Shown piece after piece: positions 22,708 through 29,794 of a stretch of 36,460 nucleotides of DNA. Position numbers and translations under genes: made by a program. How positions within the stretch are numbered: the stretch's first letter is position 1; each line of letters opens with the position of its first letter. The notes below the pieces were generated by a model. The model saw only the letters and a program-made list of their open reading frames with translations, had not been told where the DNA came from and searched no databases. This DNA comes from an uncultured Desulfobacteraceae bacterium (lineage in GTDB: Bacteria; Desulfobacterota; Desulfobacteria; Desulfobacterales; UBA11574), in NCBI GenBank assembly GCA_964551515.1, contig CAZKDT010000001.1:1-36460 (forward strand), in the 5' to 3' direction.

Positions 22708-24801
22708 GTGTTAACAGCTCTTTTGTTTATGTTGGGCTTGGGTGCAGCATGCGGACTCATGCTGAGTGTTGCCTCAAAAGTTTTTTATGTCTATGAGGAT
22801 CCCCGAATTGCCGAGGTAGAAGCATTTATGGCCGGCGCAAACTGCGGAGGTTGCGGATATACCGGATGCTCCGCCGCAGCTGTTGCCGTGGTTGCCGGCG
22901 AAGCGCCCCCCAGTGTCTGTATCGTTGCCGACGCTGAGGCCGCAGCTAATATCGCCGCTATTATGGGCGTGGATCCGGGTACGGCGGAGCCCTTACTTTC
23001 CTACAACACCTGTACGGGCGGTGATCGCGCCCCCGATAAATATTATTATATGGGAATTAACAGCTGTCAGGCCCTTGCCACCTTGTATGGGGGCAAACGA
23101 GAATGTCCGGTAGGATGTCTGGGGTTGGGCGACTGTGTCAGGGCCTGTGCTTTTGATGCCCTTAAGATGGGACCTCATGGATATCCGGTTGTGGATGAAA
23201 TGAAATGCGTGGGATGCGGTGCATGTGAAAAAGTCTGCCCCAAGGATATTATGGAAATCAAAACCATGTCCCAAAAGCTGCTTCATCTCAATCAGTATGA
23301 TGATCGTATTGCCCCCTGCCAGCAGACTTGTCCGGCCGAAATTGATATTCCCAGATACATTTACCAAATCAAGAACGGGGATTACGAAGGAGCGGTAAAC
23401 ACAATCAGGGAACGAAATCCCTTACTGTTATCCTGCGGCCGGGTCTGCCCCCATCCCTGTGAAGATAAGTGCCGCAGGGGCATTGAAGACGAACCGGTTT
23501 CCATCAATCAGTTGAAACGGTTTGTTGCCGATTATGAAATGAATTCAGGACGTCGTTTTCCCGTATCCGTGGCCCCTTCCACCGGTAAAAAAGTGGCGGT
23601 CATCGGTGGAGGTCCGGCCGGACTAAGCTGTGCTTTTTTTCTCCGCCGTTTGGGCCATGATGTTACGATTTTTGACGCTATGCCTAAACTCGGAGGTATG
23701 ATTCGGTATGGAATTCCAGAATATCGACTCCCCAAAGAGGTGCTTGCATGGGAAACCGATGGGATTTTAAAGATAGGAATTGAACACAAGCCAAACATAA
23801 TGCTGGGCCGTGATTTTGACATCGGATCACTTATAGCTGCCGGATATGACGCCGTGTTCTTGGGTATCGGCGCATGGAAAGATTACACCCTGCGTGTTGA
23901 AGGTGAGGATCTTAAAGGCTGCTACACCGGAATTAATTTTCTGACCAATTTCGCTTTATGGCAGCAGGAAGACGGAAATGAAGACCGTCGGCCGTATGTG
24001 GGCAACAGATGCGTCGTGATCGGCGGCGGGAACACTGCCATAGACTGTGTGCGGACCCTGATTCGTCTGGGCGCTGAAGAAGTATCCATTGTCTACCGCC
24101 GGACCCGGAAAGAAATGCCTGCTAATGAGGTTGAAATCGTCGCCGCCGAACATGAAGGCGTAAAATTTACTTTTCTGGCTGCGCCCACCCGTGTGATCGG
24201 AGATGAGGACGGCAATGTTACCGGGCTTGAATACCTGAAGATGGAGCTTGGTGAACCCGATGCCAGCGGCAGACGCCGTCCGGTACCCATTGAAGGTTCG
24301 GAGACCGTCATGGATATCGATATGCTGATTACCGCCATCGGCCAGGGTCCGGATGTCTTTTTCAAGAATGAAAGCAAACGTCTTGACCAAGATTTAAATA
24401 TTACCCGCTGGAATACCATTGACTCCGAAGATCCGGTGGCGCTGCAGTCCAGCATACCTTATATTTTTACCGGGGGAGACTCCGCAACCGGTGCGGCCCT
24501 GGTGGTCTCTGCGATTGGCGCTGGCCGACGAGCAGCCCGCTCGATTCATTTATACATTACCGGCGAGAAAATAACGCCACCGGCGAAAACGTTGTTTACG
24601 AATAATATACCAGTGTCAATCTTTGAATCGGTTCCAGGAATAGAAAAATCTTCAAGAACAAAGATGCCGGAACTTCCGGTTGATGACCGTATAAAGTCAT
24701 TTATAGAGGCAGACCTTGTGATCAACGAAGAAGATGCCCTGTATGAATCAGGTCGCTGTTTGCAATGCTGTCTGACCTGCTATAACAAAGATGTTGCCTG
24801 A
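22708..24801 (+). CDS. rnfB: RnfB-like Fe-S subunit fused to a GltD/NfnB-like FAD- and NAD(P)H-binding oxidoreductase (697 aa)
   Basis: Residues 1-190 contain a TM helix, CGGCGYTGC, CPVGCLGLGDCVRAC and CVGCGACEKVCP, as in RnfB. Residues about 195-600 contain CQQTCP...GRVCPHPCEDKC, VAVIGGGPAGLSCAFFL, GGMIRYGIPEYRLPK, VVIGGGNTAIDC and GGDSATG, as in GltD/NfnB. It has a GTG start with AAGGAGG 5 nt upstream. Confidence 0.85.
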   Translation: MLTALLFMLGLGAACGLMLSVASKVFYVYEDPRIAEVEAFMAGANCGGCGYTGCSAAAVAVVAGEAPPSVCIVADAEAAANIAAIMGVDPGTAEPLLSYNTCTGGDRAPDKYYYMGINSCQALATLYGGKRECPVGCLGLGDCVRACAFDALKMGPHGYPVVDEMKCVGCGACEKVCPKDIMEIKTMSQKLLHLNQYDDRIAPCQQTCPAEIDIPRYIYQIKNGDYEGAVNTIRERNPLLLSCGRVCPHPCEDKCRRGIEDEPVSINQLKRFVADYEMNSGRRFPVSVAPSTGKKVAVIGGGPAGLSCAFFLRRLGHDVTIFDAMPKLGGMIRYGIPEYRLPKEVLAWETDGILKIGIEHKPNIMLGRDFDIGSLIAAGYDAVFLGIGAWKDYTLRVEGEDLKGCYTGINFLTNFALWQQEDGNEDRRPYVGNRCVVIGGGNTAIDCVRTLIRLGAEEVSIVYRRTRKEMPANEVEIVAAEHEGVKFTFLAAPTRVIGDEDGNVTGLEYLKMELGEPDASGRRRPVPIEGSETVMDIDMLITAIGQGPDVFFKNESKRLDQDLNITRWNTIDSEDPVALQSSIPYIFTGGDSATGAALVVSAIGAGRRAARSIHLYITGEKITPPAKTLFTNNIPVSIFESVPGIEKSSRTKMPELPVDDRIKSFIEADLVINEEDALYESGRCLQCCLTCYNKDVA

Positions 24802-24829
24802 AACGCATCTTCCAAAAAAAATCAACCAG

Positions 24830-24866
24830 AGCGCAAAACGTAATCTTTGTTTTGCGCTTTTTTGTT
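24830..24866 (+). terminator. rho-independent terminator of the rnf operon
   Basis: A 10-bp stem (agcgcaaaac / gttttgcgct) encloses a 9-nt loop and is followed by TTTTTGTTT. It begins 28 bp after the rnfB stop. Confidence 0.8.
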
Positions 24867-24879
24867 TAAATGATATAAT

Positions 24880-24979
24880 TTTGATGAATTCGTAAAAAGT
24901 CTAATTCACCTGTTTTAGGTTTTTGATACTTAAAATGTTCATAAAAAGTCGTCTTTTGACTTTTTACGAAGCCATCAAA
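24880..24979. repeat. MITE-like palindromic element, family F1, short copy c
   Basis: The arms are tttgatgaattcgtaaaaagtc (24880-24901) and gactttttacgaagccatcaaa (24958-24979), matching at 20 of 22 positions. The element ends 2 nt before the ATG at 24982. Confidence 0.8.
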
Positions 24980-24981
24980 CT

Positions 24982-25719
24982 ATGCCGCTACTCAGATTAT
25001 ACAAATTTATCTTACTATTGCTTCTTTTTTTAGTTGTTGCCGGCTTGATATTTCTATTATTACGGCAAGACAATTTAAATACTCACAATAACACACCCGA
25101 GGTTCCCTCTCAAAGATATTCAAAACATCGCCTTAATATTAAGGGGTTCGAATTTGATAGCCTCAATAATGGAGAAAAGATGCTTTCCATAAAAGCAGAT
25201 AACTTCACTATTGAAAAGAAAAAGCTGGGCTTTTTTAGATTGGGTTTGATCAATGTTGCGATATTTGAGAATGCGGTAATTGATATTTACCTCAAAAGAA
25301 AATTATCTGATAACAGATCGAATTTTATAAGGGATGCCTTGCCGTCCTTAAGGGATGCCTTGCCGTCCTTTTCCACAAAACGAATCTCTTCCATCACATT
25401 AAAACCTGTATGCTTAAAGCTCCGGAATAGGGATTCTTTATTTACCCAAATTACTTCTAAAGTTGCAATTATCAGGTTAAAAAAACACAATATTCTATTT
25501 AAAGGAAACGTTCAGGTTGTATCGGGCAATAAGAGGCTGTATACAAAATGCCTGACTCTTCTTCCTGAAGAATCTATCATGAAAACTGAACAACATTTTA
25601 TTTTAAAAACCGCTCAAAAAAAAATGGAGGGAGAAAAACTCACCGTGGACATATTCCTGAATTTAGAGCAAGAGAATGATAAGACAGGGATGGAAAGCAA
25701 TACCGTTGGTAAACGCTGA
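24982..25719 (+). CDS. membrane-anchored hypothetical protein, possibly an LptC/OstA-like beta-jellyroll
   Basis: It has an N-terminal TM helix (ILLLLLFLVVAGLIFLLL). The later pattern ILFKGNVQVVSGNKRLYTKCLTLLPEE...GEKLTVDI resembles LptC/LptA repeats. The functional call is weak. Confidence 0.6.
   Translation: MPLLRLYKFILLLLLFLVVAGLIFLLLRQDNLNTHNNTPEVPSQRYSKHRLNIKGFEFDSLNNGEKMLSIKADNFTIEKKKLGFFRLGLINVAIFENAVIDIYLKRKLSDNRSNFIRDALPSLRDALPSFSTKRISSITLKPVCLKLRNRDSLFTQITSKVAIIRLKKHNILFKGNVQVVSGNKRLYTKCLTLLPEESIMKTEQHFILKTAQKKMEGEKLTVDIFLNLEQENDKTGMESNTVGKR
25330..25371 (+). repeat. perfect in-frame 21-bp tandem duplication (RDALPSL RDALPSF)
   Basis: agggatgccttgccgtcctt is repeated twice head to tail inside the 24982-25719 CDS. 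Confidence 0.95.
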
Positions 25720-25761
25720 TGATTTTCTATTGACAAACCGTTGCTCCGAAACTTTTTCTAA

Positions 25762-25843
25762 GTGTCAGGTGTCAGGTGTCAGGTGTCAGGTGTCAGGTGT
25801 CAGGTGCCAGCGCTTTTGTTCATCATTCCTGAAACCTGAAACC
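25762..25843. repeat. family F5 element: (gtgtcag) x6 plus gtgccag, followed by cttttgttcatcattcctgaaacctgaaacc
   Basis: The heptamer array spans 25762-25810. The tail matches 33537-33564. The repeat and the tail are partly self-complementary (caggtgtcagg / cctgaaacctg). Confidence 0.9.
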
Positions 25844-26215
25844 AAATAGCCATAGCAATCTTAGCAAAAACAGTCTTGATTTACATCCATAAGACAATTG
25901 AAAAACCTGTTGATTGCAACCGATCCTTCTCTTGAGCCTTATCAATTGAGATTAAATTTGAAAAATTAATGAATAAAAAAAGATCATCATCCGATTTAAC
26001 ATTTGTAGCATTTGGGTAAAAACTAGGATGATGTGATTTTGTCTAAACCCGCTCCAATTAAGCCGTTAAAAAAATCTCATTAATTTTCATGCAAAATTCA
26101 GGTAATAATCTTGACTTTATGAGCTTATTTTATTTAATCTGATATCTCAAAATTATAGAGAATTAAATGTGCCCACCATGCTTCCTATATCAAAGATAAA
26201 AGAGGAAATTAAATC

Positions 26216-27622
26216 ATGAAAAAAATCAACATGTTGTTATCTTTTGTATTTCTTATGGTTATTTGCCCCATATCGGTTTCAAATGCCGCAACCGGGCGGG
26301 AGCTGCTTTTTAATCATGGCAATCCAACATATTCCGGTCTGGTTGCAGCAAACCAAAAGTTTAAAGATGCACTTTCTGCCGAGCCAAATAATCAGGAAGC
26401 CAACTTGTTTTATGCAGTGACACGTATCGGAACTTTTACATTGGAAGAGGGGAGCGGCAGCGGTCTTGAGACCCTGAGGGATGTATTTCAGGCATTTGGT
26501 ATGACCCGCAATAGCAATGAATTCTTTGAAGACGGCTCTCCCTATGACACACCTTCCAAACTTCCCGGTAATTCTCCAAGCGGTGAAGAAATTCGGCAAT
26601 TTTTAGTCGGGCCCTGTGTAACTTTGTTGAATGGTGCCTTGGCCAATCTCGAAAAAATCGGCAGTTCTTTCCAGACAACCCTTACAGCAGACGAAACCGG
26701 AGGTGAAGCCGTTGAAATAGACTACGGAGATATTTTAATGTATAAAGCGATGTTAAATGCCAGTAAGTGTTTATTATTAATCATGTCTTCTTATAATATT
26801 AACGTGGATATAAATGAGGTTGCAAATAAAATAAACAATGATCCATTTAGTATCAACGCGGACTTACTCAATACATATCCGAATTTATTAAAACTTGTTA
26901 ATGGAGGAGGAGAAACACTCCTGTCTGCCGAGGAAGCATTGCTGGCGGCAATCAATAGATATCTTGATGCCTCCACATTTATCAGAACAATAGAAACGGA
27001 CGATCAATTGAATGATTTGATTGCATTTGACCCCGATGACCTTCAGGATGAAGAACTCTTCCGTCAAAACCTGAATGAACTGAAGGCCTCATTAAACGAA
27101 AATAGAACCGCCGACCTGACAGATAATGTTGAACATCTTTTGTTAAATCTCAATTTCTTCTTTGGTTATGGAAGCGGCCCTTATGATTTGCGGGATTTTT
27201 TACCCCTGTTTAATCAATGCAGCAATCCAATAGCCGGCACCGTGGGGCACGGCCTTGGGGATGACGCCACTCTTGGAGGTATCCTGCCTGGTTATTTACA
27301 AGCAGATTGGGGGATTGAATCCGAACCGGGAGCAATCATGTATGTGAACAAGGATGATTGGATATGCGGAGGAAAGGAGCCTTGCAGACAGTCCATAACA
27401 CAAGCCATAGTGGATGCAGGCTGTGAGGTTTTAATAAAAGTGGCCTCTGGAATTTACAACGAAGACATTGTTCTGACTGACCTTAAATTCATCACTCTTC
27501 AGGGAGGATATGATTCCCCGTACGAATCTCAAACAGGGGCCACCACAGCAAATTCCATGATCATCAAAGAAGGAACGATGACGGTTTCAAATATCGTTTT
27601 GGGCCCTGCCGGTCCAAGATGA
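26216..27622 (+). CDS. secreted hypothetical protein (468 aa) ending in what looks like the start of a right-handed beta-helix domain
   Basis: It has a Sec signal peptide (MKKINMLLSFVFLMVICPISVSNA). The C-terminal 85 aa read PCRQSITQAIVDAGCEVLIKVASGIYNEDIVL...ITLQGGY, which resembles the N-terminal cap of pectate-lyase-fold domains. The ORF then stops. Confidence 0.7.
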   Translation: MKKINMLLSFVFLMVICPISVSNAATGRELLFNHGNPTYSGLVAANQKFKDALSAEPNNQEANLFYAVTRIGTFTLEEGSGSGLETLRDVFQAFGMTRNSNEFFEDGSPYDTPSKLPGNSPSGEEIRQFLVGPCVTLLNGALANLEKIGSSFQTTLTADETGGEAVEIDYGDILMYKAMLNASKCLLLIMSSYNINVDINEVANKINNDPFSINADLLNTYPNLLKLVNGGGETLLSAEEALLAAINRYLDASTFIRTIETDDQLNDLIAFDPDDLQDEELFRQNLNELKASLNENRTADLTDNVEHLLLNLNFFFGYGSGPYDLRDFLPLFNQCSNPIAGTVGHGLGDDATLGGILPGYLQADWGIESEPGAIMYVNKDDWICGGKEPCRQSITQAIVDAGCEVLIKVASGIYNEDIVLTDLKFITLQGGYDSPYESQTGATTANSMIIKEGTMTVSNIVLGPAGPR

Positions 27623-27639
27623 AGCCCTAATGAACAAAA

Positions 27640-28045
27640 TCATTGAAGCTGGCGGCCAATCAGAAGCCCGGATATGGATTGCCATGTCAGGTGGATGCCA
27701 CGACAATTTCAGAAAACGCCAGCTGTTTCGAATCTTCTTTGATGCTTAAAATACAGTGCATGGAACCGATTCCTTCATATGGGATATTCCCATCAAACCG
27801 GAAGGTGAATCAAAGACTCAGGGACATTGCGTACATTTGAAAACACCACCGGTCCCGCATCCTGATGGGCAATATGGATATCCCGAAGGGGGGACAGATC
27901 CATACAGTATACCATGAAGTTGTTTTCCCACCCACATAAAGAGAACTTCCAAAATCCACCGCCTAATTTCTAATCAAACCAATTTATGTGCCTCACTCGC
28001 AGTGGCCGTAACTTCTCTAGTCCATTAATGTGTTCCCGCTGCTTG
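27640..28045 (-). pseudogene. decayed class-I SAM-dependent methyltransferase
   Basis: The minus strand reads ...RHINWFD*KLGGGFWKFSLCGWENNFMVYCMDLSPLRDIHIAHQDAGPVVFSNVRNVPESLIHLP, then shifts frame to FDGNIPYEGIGSMHCILSIKEDSKQLAFSEI. The order of motif I (xLDxGxGxG), DxS and the acidic-loop pFD is preserved. There is an in-frame TAG at 27970-27972 and at least one frameshift. The boundaries are approximate. Confidence 0.4.
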
Positions 28046-28048
28046 GAT

Positions 28049-28234
28049 TCATTGACAAGCATCTTCAACTTCTTTGATGGCCATTAAAACCATTTGCCGA
28101 TATACTGATATCTTTTTGTCTACAACCGCCAGACTGCGGTCCACTTCGGCGGCCCGTGGTTTGAACGGAATGCAGGATACTACGAGCACAAGGATAACTG
28201 CCAATCTTATAAGTTGAGTTACATAATTTTTCAT
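28049..28234 (-). CDS. possible small lipoprotein (61 aa)
   Basis: It has a signal-like N-terminus ending in the lipobox-like VVSC. It begins 41 bp downstream of the MBL gene stop on the same strand. There is no other support. Confidence 0.35.
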   Translation of the reverse strand: MKNYVTQLIRLAVILVLVVSCIPFKPRAAEVDRSLAVVDKKISVYRQMVLMAIKEVEDACQ

Positions 28235-28275
28235 AACCCGCTACCGGCGCCATTTTGTCGGTTCTCGATTAGGGA

Positions 28276-29283
28276 TTAACTATGTATGTGATATGAATCC
28301 AGGGTTTCCGTTTCCAAAAGCTGCTGTAATCCCTTGTACCTGGGTGAGAAATGGAACGGCGTAACCTGTTTTACCCCGGCTTTACCTGCAATTCTTCCGG
28401 CTTGCCAAGCGGTGAGATGGCATTTTTTTTCGGCAATATCCCTGTCCCTTTCAAGAAACGCCGCTTCAATAAACAGGTGATCTGAGTTTTTAGCAAGTTC
28501 AATAATCTTTGCTTCATTTGATTTGCTATACGCAGCATCTACAATATATGAAACCTTCTGACCTGGAGTGATAAGAGCAATCCGCTTTGCGAGATCACCC
28601 AGGATGAACCTTTTCTTATATGAACCTTTCCTGCCGTATTTAACCTCAAATTCCGAATCAGGGTCTATATTATTATACAAAGCCTGTTTAAATTCATTTA
28701 GCCACGGACCGATATCAAGCCCGAGACCGGCAACACGCTCTTTTATTATATTTATGTGAAATCGTTCTTCAATGGTAAATCCGAGACAGGGAATACTATG
28801 ATCAAGAATTTCAGCAGAAACGGATAGGACCGGTTCCTTGTGTAAAAAACCGTTAAAAGACTGCTTGATATCCTCTGAATTCGGGATAAATTGCTTTTGG
28901 CATACGTAATTTCTCGTGATCATACGATCAGGATGCACCTCGGTAACGTTCAATGCGAATAGATTACTGTAATGTTTAACAAGGTTCCATGAGTATCCGG
29001 CAAGCTTCCCCTCAACATTTTTCAAAAAACCTTCAGGACCATACAAATAAAGTTGGTGTTCGCGGCCAAGGAAAAGACGCAGCAACCTGTCAAACCCAAT
29101 AAAATGATCCATATGCGTATGGCTGATAAAAACATGGCTGATTTTGAGAATATCTCTGGTCGAAAGTGAATAGATATCTCCCAGATCGAAAATTATAGCA
29201 CGTTTTTCAAGAAGGAACGGGATGAATAGTCCGGGGTCATCAAACGGTCCGTTCACTAACCTGGGAAGGAAAGAAGGGCGCAT
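28276..29283 (-). CDS. MBL-fold metallo-hydrolase, RNase Z/ElaC-like
   Basis: It carries the HxHxDH motif (ISHTHMDHF), and the downstream His/Asp positions (ILDHS, VDAAYS, TPFHFSPRY) are as in RNase Z-type beta-lactamase-fold enzymes. Confidence 0.8.
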   Translation of the reverse strand: MRPSFLPRLVNGPFDDPGLFIPFLLEKRAIIFDLGDIYSLSTRDILKISHVFISHTHMDHFIGFDRLLRLFLGREHQLYLYGPEGFLKNVEGKLAGYSWNLVKHYSNLFALNVTEVHPDRMITRNYVCQKQFIPNSEDIKQSFNGFLHKEPVLSVSAEILDHSIPCLGFTIEERFHINIIKERVAGLGLDIGPWLNEFKQALYNNIDPDSEFEVKYGRKGSYKKRFILGDLAKRIALITPGQKVSYIVDAAYSKSNEAKIIELAKNSDHLFIEAAFLERDRDIAEKKCHLTAWQAGRIAGKAGVKQVTPFHFSPRYKGLQQLLETETLDSYHIHS

Positions 29284-29285
29284 TT

Positions 29286-29705
29286 TTAGGACAAAAATTT
29301 TGTTACTTGGCGGTTAATGCAAAGATATATTTCTTCGTCGGAACCAAATATGTCAACTACAACTTTATGGTTAATAAGAGTCTCTATTACAAAAGCGGTG
29401 ACATAAAGGCTGGCAACATTGGGCTGTGTTGTAATATGTCTGAAAGGCGCATTTTGATAGTCGATCTCAAAGTCGTCGGCATGGCTTAGTTTTTCGAGAC
29501 ATTTTAAGATCTGTTCCTCGAGCACATTTTTATTTGTCGTTTCCACAAGCTTGTTTTCAATAAGCTTCATGGCAATGGCATTTGAAAGCGGTTCTATGCA
29601 CTCTTTTATGCCCCCTATTATTTTTCTGCGAGCATACTCTTTTGAGGATTCGATTTTTGACAGGATCTGTGCTTCACGACTGCTTGGCCGAAATATTTTA
29701 GCCAT
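29286..29705 (-). CDS. hypothetical protein (139 aa)
   Basis: Intact ORF ending 2 nt before the MBL gene start and beginning 89 bp after the recJ stop, all on the same strand. No motif was recognised. Confidence 0.6.
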   Translation of the reverse strand: MAKIFRPSSREAQILSKIESSKEYARRKIIGGIKECIEPLSNAIAMKLIENKLVETTNKNVLEEQILKCLEKLSHADDFEIDYQNAPFRHITTQPNVASLYVTAFVIETLINHKVVVDIFGSDEEIYLCINRQVTKFLS

Positions 29706-29794
29706 AAGATGTTACCTTTATTTGCTGTTAATATCAGTTTTTTTTGCGGCAATAATAATGCCAGAAACTGACTATTGCAAGTAAAATATTCAGG

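Noticed and set aside
6712-24455. Many antisense or overlapping track ORFs inside long genes (for example 6712-7245, 11938-12432, 12758-13279, 13396-13881, 16614-17183, 22273-22686, 23956-24390, 24093-24455)
   Set aside because: These are shadow ORFs opposite or out of frame with genes that have clear family motifs. None has an RBS or a recognisable domain.
25762-25810. Possible CRISPR array
   Set aside because: The unit is only 7 bp, the copies are contiguous with no spacers, and no cas genes are nearby. It is a microsatellite within a dispersed element.
27643-27840. 65-aa plus-strand ORF
   Set aside because: It lies antisense to the methyltransferase pseudogene remnant, has no RBS and shows no motif.
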